Below, in pieces: positions 13,513 through 25,381 of a stretch of DNA of 64,000 bases. The notes beneath the pieces are model-generated. The model saw only the letters and a list, made by a program, of their open reading frames with translations. It had not been told where the DNA came from and did no database searches. The position numbers and the translations under genes are program-made. The number at the start of each line of letters is the position of its first letter. Position 1 is the first letter of the stretch. Location: contig MU054391.1 of assembly GCA_013239625.1 (NCBI GenBank), forward strand, positions 7,845,095 through 7,909,094, written 5' to 3'. The DNA comes from Lama guanicoe. Its lineage: Eukaryota.

Positions 13513-15287
13513 ACTGATTCCAACATGGCTATTTCTGCAGCATTTATACGCTAAACTTTTACTGGTGGGCCATTTATCCAAAGAGAAAAACAGAGCCCCT
13601 ACCTAGCCAAGGTCAAACAAATACACAAACCCAAAGTCACCTTTTTAATAGCTACTACTAGAAATCTCCTTATACAGAAACAACTACTTTTCAAACCCCA
13701 GCTGTCTGGGAAAAAAAAGATTGAGAAAAGAAATCACTGTTACAGAAGGATTTTAAGTGGGCCATTCAAGCCAGAGGGTTAGACCTGTAAAAAAGTATGA
13801 CTGGCAACGTGACACAGTCAATATTATATTGTTTCAGAGGAAATTCATCCCCCTGCCCCCTTTCTCCTCAACACACAGGCATATACTCACCAACACACAC
13901 GTGACCAGCATGGCCACTGAGCAGTGAGCGACGTGGAAAAAGTGAATTCGATTCTCCGGGTCCTGGTTCTTTCATCTGCAAAGTGGGGATAATAATACCT
14001 ATTTTGATAAGTTGTATAAGAACCAGAGAGAAAGAAAGTGCTCGTGTAGCACTCAAAGACACGATTAATGTTTCACAATTTTTAAAGTTAGTAACAGAGA
14101 AGATCCTCAAAATGATGGAGCAATTTATGACATGAAGCTTGGAAGCGGGCCACAGGCCATGTCCCCACCGGAAATGCATCTCTCCATCATGAGGGTGTGT
14201 GAATCTTACGATCACAGTGAACTTAGCCAAATGCATCTCTGGTGGCTGCAGCACCCTCTCCCCTGGATCTCCCTCTTCCTCCTTACACGCAGGAAGGACA
14301 GAAAGTCTTTCTAGAGTCAACACAGAGGAGTCACTGGAAGTACTTATCTTCTTGGTGACTTTTACTGACTCTGATGTTAAGAAATCTGTTGATTCTCTTA
14401 TCAGAGCAGCTGGATTGCAGCTCATGCGTTAACAGCACAGACCACCTCATCACTGACCAAGCACGCCCATGCCTCCTGGATGCTGACTATACCATTTAAA
14501 ACCTGAGGCAGCCATAAAGCCAAATAAGAGAACTGGGAAACATGACTTAGGCTGAAAATTGTTGAGCAACGTGGAGGGGACACCTTGGAAAGGAGTAATT
14601 TCAGGGAAAAAGAGAGGCATCAAATATCAAGGAGGGTCTAACTCAAGTCTTAGGCATAGAGGCGGAAGTCTGGAGTCCACAGAGTGGTGAACAGCTCGTG
14701 GGCATGTAACCAAGAAGACTAGGAGGTGAAGTCCTTGGGAAGTTCTTGAATTCTAGCCCCCAACGTTCCACGTATGGTCTAGAAGATTGGGTTTTGCACA
14801 ACTCTAGGGGCGCCATTCACAACGACCTCACTGGGGAATGGAATGTTCTGGATGTGTGTGGTCCACAGCCTGCACATCAACATGCGGTGACATTCTCTAC
14901 AATTTGTCCTAGAAGTTTGTCACAGAGTTTTGAGCCTAGGTATGACTTGCTGTAAAAGTTGTTTAAGAAAGATGAATGTTGTCGCCTGTGGTATCTATCA
15001 GTCTTCAAAGGATGCAGTAGGCTTAGGAACTGCTCTCCAAAACCATTTATTTGATTAACCAATACAGCGCTTACCTTAAGGCTTCACACTTAGAGGTATG
15101 TTTGTATGTTTGCTAAATGAATGAACTAATGAGTGATGAAGTGGTTTAAACCATAGTTAAATACATTGCAAGATAGAGAATGTTCTGGAAAGCGTATACA
15201 GCAGGCTAGTGATGTATGGCACCTGAATCTGACTGTCCTACAGAGTGGACTGGTTAATATTTCCATGTAATTATATTATCCTTATTT

Positions 15288-15430
15288 ATTTTTACTTTTA
15301 AATTTTTGAGGGGGGAGGTAATTAGTTTCACTTATTTATTTATTCTTTTTAATGGAGGTACTGGGGATTGAACCCAGGACCTTGTGCATGCTAAGCACAC
15401 ACTCTACCACTGAGCTCTAGCCTCCCCTCC
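15288..15430 (-). mobile_element. tRNA-Ala(AGC)-derived SINE (camelid Vic-1-like)
   Basis: The minus strand of 15353-15427 reads GGGGAGGCTAGAGCTCAGTGGTAGAGTGTGTGCTTAGCATGCACAAGGTCCTGGGTTCAATCCCCAGTACCTCCA, with A and B boxes, then an A-rich tail containing TAATTACCTCCCCCC. 14-bp TSD TATTATCCTTATTT (15274-15287) / TATAATCCTTATTT (15431-15444). Confidence 0.9.
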
Positions 15431-18169
15431 TATAATCCTTATTTCAATTGCCATTTAATCTTTTATCATAGCTACATAATTATATTTAACCATGCCTACA
15501 GCTGTATATTTAACGACTCCCATACATTTTATTGATACTGTAAGCATCTTATCTATTATTATTATTATTACTACTACATGTTGGATTGCTTTCTGTGAAC
15601 ATATTCCAATAATAATAATAACTTTATGTTATATGCAAGACATTGTGCTAGTTGCTTTATAGGTATCTACAAAATTTTCATGTGTTAGTTAAAATTCAGA
15701 TTAGAATTCCACTTTATAATTAAGATATTCTAAATTCATCTAGTCTTATAGTTAAAAGGGAATGAATAAAGATTCCCACACATGTCTTCCAACTACATGT
15801 GTTTTTCAATCTGAGATGAATTATTGTCAATACACATAAAAATGTTTAAGACACTTGGTATAAATTATGTAATTTATCCTGCCCTACAGTAGTTTTCAAA
15901 GGTCAAAAGTGGGTAGAACTGTGACCAATGTGTGATTCATCGGAAGTAATGAATGTATTGTCAATTGTGTATGAGCATCAGTTACACATCACTGTATACT
16001 TGCAATTTTCCTCATCTCTCTAGGCAATGGCTCTCTCTTCCCAGAAGCCCACTGATATTTACTCCGTATGACCTCCAGTATCAGTGTAATCCTTCTAAAA
16101 CCCCACTCAACTGTGCCACCTTCCCTATTTAATGTCAACCTTGACTCTACAGCTCTTCCACCACTAAGGTCTCTGGTTGGTCTATCAGCCACTTTGCTTT
16201 CTAATCCCATTACCCTTTCCCGGCCACGTGCCTGGCCGCTGCTCCCAAGCTGCCAATCCCAGAGCCGTGGGGAGTTACTAGGAATTTCAGAACATCCCAC
16301 TCCTTTGCTTTTGCACATTTTTTTCTCTCTGCCTGAAATGCCAATGACAATCTCTTATTCATGTTATTTTCTGACTCACAGAACTTTTTCAAGATCCACA
16401 AAGACAGGAAATACATTTCTTAAAATCATTGTCTCTCTATACTCAGTGTCTGGTGCCTAGTAGGTTTTAATATTATTTGCTGCTGATTAATTCAAGGTGA
16501 ACAAAAAAAAAAAATCACACTTTCTGGGAAAGCTCCCTGAAGCCCAGGAAAAGCTGTTTCTTCCTCTACGCTCCCCTGATGCCTTGATATCTAATTGCCA
16601 CACTGTTACACAATGAAATGATGTATTTCCATGTGTTTCTCTGAAGCTGGACTCTCAGCTCCTGGGTGGCAGAGACCAAATCTGACTCATACTTGAATCC
16701 TTAACACCCAGCACAGGGCCCGGCTTATAGTAAACCTTCGTAGATTTCCTGGAATTGAAAAAATATAATTCTAAAGCAATCACGTGAGCTGAGCAGGGCG
16801 GGTGTTAGTCTTCTCATCTTACAGTTGAAGAAAGGGGACGTAGGGAGGAAAAACAAAACGTCTTGATTCAACTTTCATTTGAAATCAGAGGCCCAGATGG
16901 GGCTGGAACAAGGCCTCCCTGCCCCTAGTTATAAGGTTGGTGGCCACTGAACAGAGGAGCCTGGCACTTTCTTTCTGATCCAGCAGCAGAGGCTGCCTCA
17001 GGTCTGTTCCTGAGACGGGCACCAGCACAGGAGCCTTCATGGGACAAGACGGATTAAGGGATCCTGCTCAGCAGTCACGGCGATGGCCTGAGGGGACAGA
17101 TGAGTTCCCTGAAGGTCAGGGACTGAGTCCTAGGCAGCTTTGCAAGAAATTGGATGGTGAGATGTGCCAGGAGGCATGGGACCACTTCACCTTCTTTTCA
17201 AATTCTGCGGCACTGTGGTGGCCGGCTGAATGGTCCAGGTCCTCTCTGGCCAACCTCCCAGGAACTCATGATCACTAGAGCAACTTGTTTGTGCATCATT
17301 ATGAACTGTAAATATGCTCGAGTGGACATAATTACACAGAGCTCTCTTTTTTACTCAAAAGTGCCCCACTTTGGGCAATAAATTATATGGTCCCTTTCTC
17401 TCCCCCACTGGAAAATATGCATACATGCACGTAAAAGCTCAGAGGCCCTCAAGAGTCTTCTGACCCCTCTTTCCCAGTCTCCCAGTTTCTGGGCTTTTTT
17501 TTTTTTTTCTTTCAGTTTAACCCTCAACCAGCTGGCTTGATTTACCAGGATACATTAAGTTAAGGCCTCTGCCTGAGTTCAAGCCCCTTTCCTGGTATGT
17601 TTCTGCCTAATCCAGGGGACCAGCACCTCCTGCGGAAGCTGAGAATAACCAGAGCAAAACGATGGCCCCCACATTCTCAGTACTGCAAGTCTTTATGGTC
17701 CACGTGTGTGTTGGGAGGCGGGCGCTGAGGGAGGAGGACTCCGGCTGGGGGCCCGGAGCCTTGCAGGAGGTGTGGGTGCTGGGGTGTCTTTCAATGGGCC
17801 AAGGCCCTCTGGGCGCGCTGAATTAGTGATTAAATTTGGTCTGAGTTAAAAAGTGTCTTCAGTTCGTCTTCCGCAGAAACGACTCACATTGTTGGTGAGG
17901 GGCGGGAGCTGGAGGGTGATACAAACAAAAAGCAAGCAATCGATTTCTTTTTAAATGAGGGGAGGAGAATGTTGGGAAAAGATAACGAAACTAATTTTTG
18001 AAACTCATTGCGGCACCACAGATGCGAGCGTATTCTCCAGAGAGCTACTCGCTGAGTGCAGCATCTGAGCAGCGGTGCCTTGATGCTCAGAGGATGTCTG
18101 GCTTTCTGGGGAAAAGTGGCAGGAAGATGAACTGGGAAGCAAGGAGTATATTAGGCACCGCTGGAGCTG

Positions 18170-20610
18170 CTTGGGTACTTGTGGCCCGGCGACTCCTGCC
18201 CAGCCGCTTGCAGCAGGGCGCGCAGTCCGACCTGCGGCGGCGCCGGGGCTCTCCTTCCCCGCGGCGGGTGCGCTCCCTCCCCAGCCCCGGGCCGTGGATG
18301 GATGCTGCACTTTGTTTACATCGCCCCGGCCCAGCCAGCGGGCGGGGAGGCTAGCGCCCGCGCCCCGGGCCGGGAGCCGCAGCCGCAGCGGCAGTGGCAG
18401 GGGCCCGCGGGCGCAGGGAGCCGCCCGGGGACTGGCAGCGGCAAGGCTGATTGATGGGCCCCGGGCTCAATGAGGGGGGCCCGGGCCGGGGCGGGGCGGG
18501 GCCGGCTCTGGGCTGAGCCAGTCGCTGGTGCCGCGGAGCCGGGGAAAGGGGGGCGGAGGCTCCGTAGAAATATGTCGGTGACATTGAATGGGGAGACCGA
18601 GCGGGAGCGAGGCGCGCGCGCGCACACACGGCCCGGCTCGCTCCGAGATCCCCGGCCACGTAAGTAACTATTAATACCGCCTCGCCGAGAGATGCGGGCG
18701 TGCTGAGCTCGGGGATTGGCCTCGGGCACCGTCGGCCGTCCCCTTCAATTTTAAATACACATTCCTCTTACCTCCGAGTGGGGGAAGAAAAAAAATATAA
18801 GAAGAAGAAGAAACGCCGTCAATCTTCTCCAAAACAACCCCCGCCTGGCAATTTGGGTTTAGGGTAGGGGGAAACGGAGTGGTTGCAAATTATTCCTAGG
18901 CAAGATCCAGTTATCGAGCGAGAAAGGAACGGCGCGGGTTGACTCGCTGGGGGTGCAGTCCCTTCCAGCGCCGGGAGGACCCCCCCGGAAGCTTGCGCCG
19001 GGGAAACCGGAGACCATTGATCTACCCTCGTCCCTGCGCGCACTTCTCTCTATTCGGAGGACAATCTGGAGCGCGAGCGAGCGGCGACGGCATGAGCCCC
19101 TGCTGACCTCCGCCCGGAGGGCCAAGCCCTGGGCTTTGTCGCGGTACCTGCGCCCGGCCCGCAACTCCGTGCCCAGCTTTTGCAGTCTTTTGTTGGCAGC
19201 GCTGACCGCTCTAAGTTAAATGCTCCCTTGCTATTTTTTTTTTTTTTTGGCCTGTTTGTTTAAATTTTGGAGAGCTCTTGCGATCTTGGAAAAGCCTCAG
19301 ACGCCATCTACAGTTTAAACGTAGGTAATTACTTTCTCCGGCACCCCCCCTTCCACGCCCCCCACCCTTTCCACCAAAAAAGGGGGTGCAGCGCGGATTC
19401 TGTCTGCGGTGCGGCGCGAGCCGGTACCCGTGCTTATTTCCTTTTTCTTTTTGTTCGGTTTCTAACGCGCTGAGACCAGGCAGCCGCCGTGCGCTCCCCG
19501 GAGACTGCACACAAACTACAGCAGGGCTCCTTCGCCCCGTCTGCGATTGGGAAACCTGCGTGGGGATCGCTTCGGGAGACCCGGCGCTGCAGCTCCCCAC
19601 CTTAGCGATCTGGTTACTCGTCTAGATCCACGTTGGAAAAAGGGAAAGAGAGAGAGAGAAACTAAAAGTACGAAGATTCAGCAAATCGCTGGCTGCTTTG
19701 GGGTAACAAAAGGACCCGAGTTGCTGCCGACCGAGGACCCCCGGGAGCCGGGCTCGGAGCAGACAAGGTGCCCGGCGGCGCCCGTTTGAGGGCTTCTAAC
19801 TCTTTCTCCACGTAGCCCCCTTCCCGTCCCCTCCCCTCTCGTTCCCTTTTAAAATCCGTGACCCGGAGGCGCCTGCAGCCGCACTCGCCAGCGACTCGTC
19901 TCTCCAGCGGGTTTTTTGTTTGGCGAGTGCGATCCTCACACTCATGAACATACACAGGTCTACCCCCATCACAATAGCAAGATATGGGAGATCGCGGAAC
20001 AAAACCCAGGATTTCGAAGAGTTGTCGTCTATAAGATCCGCCGAACCCAGCCAGAGTTTCAGCCCGAACCTCGGCTCCCCGAGCCCGCCTGAGACTCCGA
20101 ACTTGTCGCATTGCGTTTCTTGCATCGGGAAATACTTATTGTTGGAACCTCTGGAGGGAGACCACGTTTTTCGTGCCGTGCATCTGCACAGTGGAGAGGA
20201 GCTGGTGTGCAAGGTAAAGAGCCCGGGCTTGGCTTTTGCTTTTTTGTCCTTTAAAAAGCTCCGCGGCCTTTTGGAGGGGGCCGGAGGGGGCGGAAGGTCG
20301 CCCAGCCTTGCAGTCCGGGGGAGGGAGATTCGCGGGATAATTAGCCTTGGTCTCGTTAAATGGGGTTATTTATTTGTTCATGTTCGACTAGTTGCGAAGT
20401 TTTTAGAGCGTTGCAGACAATGGGGCGGGCTGCGGCGGGGGCGTTTTGGGGAGAGCCCGCGGCGGGGAGGGCGGCGGGACTGCGCTGGGGCCACGGCCAC
20501 GCGTGCTCCCGGAGGCTCGTGGAGCGCCTCTGCGCGCCGCGGGGTCGCGCTGCCAGCGGGGGTCTCCCTCGGTCTAGCCCCCTCCCCTGCCAACGTCGAG
20601 GAGGGAATCC
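18170..20610. promoter_or_regulatory. CpG island covering the TRIB2 promoter, 5' leader, exon 1 and start of intron 1
   Basis: Very high GC and CpG density against CpG-poor flanks; tandem GGGGCGGGGC GC boxes at ~18488-18502. The TSS cannot be fixed from sequence; probably ~18550-18620. Confidence 0.9.
19944..20213 (+). CDS. TRIB2: TRIB2 coding exon 1 (aa 1-90)
   Basis: ATG at 19944 opens [90 protein letters not shown], the recognisable TRIB2 N-terminus. Donor AAG|GTAAAG at 20213/20214; 270 nt, phase 0. Confidence 0.98.
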
Positions 20611-23600
20611 CCCGCTAATTTTAAGGCACTGATGACTGGGTTCCTTTTGCAGCCATTGTTCCTAGCAGCGTGCAGGTGTTGAACCTTTGTTCCGTAAGTG
20701 TTCTTTAAAGGGGACACACAAAGGTGTCCCCTCTGGCTGAGCCCAGGGGCCCAGCGCGGGGAAGGAGTTTACAAAGAGCTTTCTTCAGCCCGGAGCCTTG
20801 AAAGGAGGGCTGGGGGTGGAAATCAAAGCCGCCGGCGCACCTTTGGGTGTAGGAAATAGTGAATCCTTTGGGTCGTTTGCTCTTGTCTCGGTTTCTTATC
20901 TCCAGACCTTCGTGCTTGAAACCCCCTCACCGCCCCCTCCGCACACGCACACCTTTGCTAATGCGGTTTAGAGGCCAGCATTTGGAGCCTCGGGTGTGTG
21001 TGGGGTGGGGGTGGGGTTCCACAGTGCTGATCCGGAGATGGGCACTTCAGTTTCCTTTTCGTCTTTGACCCTGAACAGGGACTGGTTTGTGTCTGTTGAG
21101 TGTGTCTGTGTGTCTTTGTGTGCGTGCGCCCACAGGGCTCCGGATTAGGGGATGAGCCGGGGAATAGTTGCAAATAAATAAAATAAATAAATAAATAAAA
21201 TATATATACATACATACATAGGTAGAGCATACCCAGGAATTGGACATAGATCAAGAATTTATTGTCGCTTAATTTTAGATTTGCACGCAGTTGGTTTTTT
21301 TGGGGGGGAGGGGGTGCTGGGAGAGGAGGTGGTAAGGAGTGTGGACCCCTGTTGTCTTTGAAACGGGCACTCTGCACAGCTGTGCTCCAAATAATGCATC
21401 ACACTTTAACCATCAACCCCAGACTGCTTTGTGAACTTGCTTTCTTTCATAGAGGACTGGAGTATTGCACTGTGAAAAATGGATTTTGTGAAGGTCTCCA
21501 AGGTTTTGCAATTGTCCAGTTCAGACCTCAGGGGAGAATCAGAGACTCTGTAAATATTGCTCTCTGCTTGTACTGAGCATTTGGTATTTTGCATCTTCTC
21601 CAAGTTATTGAGACTCAGAGCAGCTCTTCCCAGTTAACTAAAATTCAGTAGGCTATTCAGAGCCGGATTGAATTCTCAGAAGACCTACAACGTTGTACAA
21701 TAGGGTAGTCATCCTTTGAAATGAATGAATTCCACAGAACTGCCACTCTCATATGAAATAGCCACAGTCACCCAGCAGTGAGTGTTTTCACTCTTTTTGC
21801 TCAACTTCAGTGCCGCATTTTAATATTTTTCAAAGGCTGGAGACGCTTTTAAGTAAAGGAACTCTGCCGCCAAATTCTGCAGGAGCATCTCGCCCGTTAT
21901 TTCTTTGTTTAAAGGCAGAGGTGACTCTGGCCCCTGCCGTTTCTTTCTCCCTTTAGATTTTTCAAGACATATTTCACTTTGGGTTGACCTTACAGTGTCA
22001 TTAGTAGACTTGCTCTCTGGCCTGAAACTGTACTTAAATCTGCTGGTTTAGTTATTGTAGAGATTGAATCAGCCCCTCACCAATTACTGTGTGGCTGCAA
22101 GTGGATTTAAGTGCAGTATCATTGTTGTGCTTGACAGAGGTCATCCCTTTAAGACAGAGCAGCTTCTGTTTCCCTGCCTTTTTACCAGAGGTGATGCGGG
22201 AGGCTTCTTATGCAAGGATAGTTGTATACATCCCTGGAAGCTCCCAGCAGTTTTATAAGGCTGCTTCTATGAACTACTCTCAAATAGACACTGTGGACCT
22301 AGTTTACTGCAAGACTCAGTGCAATCTGCACATAGTATCCAGTTTCTTTTGAAGTCTTGGAATATAGAGTTCCTATCTCCTGCCTCTGTGTTGACCCAAG
22401 GAAAAAGTCTGCAAAAACAGATCCAATGCAAAGGTGCCATGTACAGAGAACTGTAGAGAATTCTAGAGGACACTATTTTGGAGGAGAGAGACTGGACAGC
22501 CATTTAACCCAAATAATCAAGCCTGTTTATTGTCTCCATGTGCCTACTATATATAATCTAGGCAAACGAAGGAAGGGGGCTTTAGAGGGCTCTTGATTTA
22601 TCGTTTTCATGGAAATGCTTGTGGCTACTGTGCAGATTGACGTAATTACTATCTTGGCAAAATGGGCATTTTTTTTTTTTGCAAATGCTATTAATGATGG
22701 CCTAATCTCACTACCTTATCTGAACTGTCACATTATATAACATGGCTCTAAATTAAACATAAAAAAAAAAAGCAGGCAACCAGGCTTATGGCTTGATTTT
22801 GCACTTGAAGGTGATACTTTAAATACCAATTCAAGCCCATAAATGCCTGTTATAGCTACTAATAAAAGTTTGGTTCCTACCCATTTGGGAAAACATAAGT
22901 ACTTGCTTTATTTTTCATGCTCTGTCCACCATCTTGGAATTTGATCTCGTCTACAAAGGGTAAGGCTACATTTTGAAGCTGCCATGAATATGTTTGATTT
23001 TTTTTTTCTTTAAATTTCAGTATCCATCCAGTTTTTCAGCAGTGGGATAGGATAATAGACTAAAGGTGCTGAGCAAAAAAAAAAAAAACCTTTTATTTAT
23101 TTAAAAAATGCAGCTTGAAGCAGGAAGTATGTTATAAATAATCCTAACTCCATGAGCATTGGTGGCAGAGCCTGCAGCCTGGTGCTTCAGAACACAACAT
23201 CCCCGTTATGTAACGCAAAGTATTTACAGTAGCCACTGCAAAGCGTTTATAACTCTCTGAAATTTTTGAGGCTTTCCTGGGTTTCTGCTGCCTGCAGTCT
23301 GGGTGTTAAAGTTGACTCAGGCATTTGAGATTCCAAATTGAACGGACCTCTGAGGTCACTGCTTCCAGGTCATCATTTGACAGTATCAGGGGTGTGATTT
23401 GTGGTCTCTGGAGACATTGAAGAATTCATTCTTAAATTCTAGGTTATAGTGGCAGCAGCTTGCCGCCTTCCTGAGATGCTTCATGACGATTCATTCACAA
23501 CGTTCCTTTGCTTCCTTGCCCAGGGTTAGCACCAGCCCTCCTGACATCCTTACTAGCCCTGTTTGACTCACCAATTTTTTTGTTTTTGTTTTTTGAAGCT

Positions 23601-24819
23601 AAGAGCGACTTACCTCATGGATTTTAAATGGCAGCCTGGGGCCTGGGATGGGTTTTGGAAAGCCTGTGAATCCCCTGAAAACAAATCCAGCCTCGTGCCT
23701 GCATTTGAGGATGGGCATTGTCAGCTAAGAAGGGACAGACCTTTAATCAGATTCTCGGGATTGGGGGGGGGTCTGGACCCCAAACTGGTCAACAATGCTG
23801 TAAATCAACATCTTCACTTTAGGAAGAGGAGGGAAGCCCAGGGATTCTGAGTGTTTTATCCACCTCATCCAGATTGTCGGTAGCCAAGCCAGGATTAGAT
23901 GCTCACATTTGATGATTTCTAGGCCAGTATTTCCCCCCACCACACTGCAAAATGCTGGTCAAGGAGAGTATGTTCTAACTAATGAAAAAGAGATTTAAGA
24001 AACTAAATGATGGTGAACGGATAACATTCAGTGTCTTGTTGTTAGAGCAGTCCTGGCCTTGGATGCTCTCAGCACAGCACCCCCACCCCCGCCCCACTCC
24101 TGCAGTCACCGAATAGACTCATCGCACCCACGTTCCCAGGCAGATAGTAAAACCACATTCCAAACCCAGAGATTTGTATTCCTGGTGCAGTGGAGGGCTT
24201 GAAATGAATGACAGCATTTTCTTATAACCTCAAAAAAAAATCTCTGCAGTATTAATTCCTCTTAGGTCTGTTTCCAGAAGGTACTGAGGGTGGATTTTCT
24301 TACTAAAGAACCCCACAATGAGGTGGCATTTCACCAGCTAACTTTGATTCATAGAAAAATCATTGCATAACTGATTCATTGAGCTAGATGTCTTGGAGGG
24401 AAGAGAGAAAGGTGTGTCTGCCTTCCTCATAGGAAGGGCTGAGTCCTTTCCCAGCTCTGCCACTGGGGGCCTGATTTGATGTGTTGTCTGAGCTTCAGTG
24501 TCCACATCTGTCAAATGAAGGTACTGAATTTGGTAACCTGTAGGCAAAGTCTACATATTTAATCTATGAATTGCTAGTATGTTGTATATTGCTTGTAATC
24601 CAATTGTGTAGCACAGAATAGGTTGTATATACTTGTATGGTGTGAGTGTACTGTTTTTTGGGGGAAGATAAATAAAGTATTGTCTTTGTAGGATGGGATG
24701 GGTCACTTTCTCTCCGCTTTTTGCCTTAATTCTTCTATAAACAGAAGCATTTGGGATAGAGAGAAAAAATAATCCACCTTACCATCTGGGAATTGTATTA
24801 CATCTTGCAAAGCACGCTT

Positions 24820-24980
24820 ACCTTCACTTTGTCCTGTAATCCTCCCAACACTGTGAGTCAGGTAGCATTTACTCATTTTACACATGAACATTTGGAGGCT
24901 CAGAGAGGTCAAGTGACTTATTCATTGCCACACAGCGGGCAGGAGGCAGGTGCTGTGTGACCTGGGTCCAGGTTCAGCAT
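24820..24980 (-). mobile_element. MIR SINE just upstream of exon 2
   Basis: MIR core CATTTTACACATGAACATTTGGAGGCTCAGAGAGGTCAAGTGACTT. Similar cores occur at ~1400-1620, 6560-6700, 11720-11850, 12600-12740, 31200-31400, 34130-34290, 39800-39930, 52640-52830 and 59300-59480. Confidence 0.7.
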
Positions 24981-25088
24981 GCCTTCTGCCGTCTCAAAGG
25001 CCCGTGTCTGTGGGAGGGGTCCGCGTCCCGCGGTTGGTGGTATATGGGGCACCTCTGACTCTTGGTCTTGTTGTGAATCCTGTTCCAG

Positions 25089-25381
25089 GTGTTTGATATC
25101 AGCTGCTACCAGGAGTCCCTGGCCCCCTGCTTCTGCCTGTCTGCCCACAGCAACATCAACCAGATCACCGAAATTATCCTGGGGGAGACCAAAGCCTATG
25201 TGTTCTTCGAGCGAAGCTATGGGGACATGCATTCTTTCGTCCGCACCTGCAAGAAGCTGAGGGAGGAGGAGGCGGCCAGACTGTTCTACCAGATCGCCTC
25301 GGCAGTGGCCCACTGCCACGACGGGGGGCTGGTGCTGCGGGATCTCAAGCTGCGGAAATTTATCTTTAAGGACGAAGAGAG
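25089..25381 (+). CDS. TRIB2: TRIB2 coding exon 2 (aa 91-188, pseudokinase domain including the degenerate catalytic loop)
   Basis: Acceptor TTCCAG|GTG at 25088/25089. Encodes [17 protein letters not shown]...[16 protein letters not shown] with the Tribbles LRDLKLRK loop. Donor AG|GTGAGT at 25381/25382; 293 nt, phase 2. Confidence 0.98.

Noticed and set aside
13868..14425. 185-aa ORF and other 100-187 aa intronic or intergenic ORFs (e.g. 27005-27568, 47100-47606, 51445-51972)
   Set aside because: No recognisable protein motifs or splice structure; many overlap MIR/L2/LTR remnants or start at non-ATG codons.
15353..15427. Functional tRNA-Ala gene (also 61061-61138)
   Set aside because: Altered 5' end, SINE tail and TSDs show these are retroposed SINE copies.
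18572..18667. Additional upstream ORF MSVTLNGETERERGARAHTRPGSLRDPRPRK
   Set aside because: Its ATG lies at or upstream of the probable TSS region, so inclusion in the mRNA cannot be supported. If included, it (and the ATG at 18588) would weaken the M-x-x-C pattern.
19920..19943. TTG-initiated 8-aa N-terminal extension of TRIB2
   Set aside because: Near-cognate codon in weak context; the ATG at 19944 gives the expected 343-aa protein.
20214..20618. Exon 1 reading frame continues 135 codons into intron 1 (232-aa ORF in the track)
   Set aside because: A canonical donor at 20214 joins exon 2 in frame. The extension is G/R/A-rich, as expected from stop-poor CpG-island DNA.
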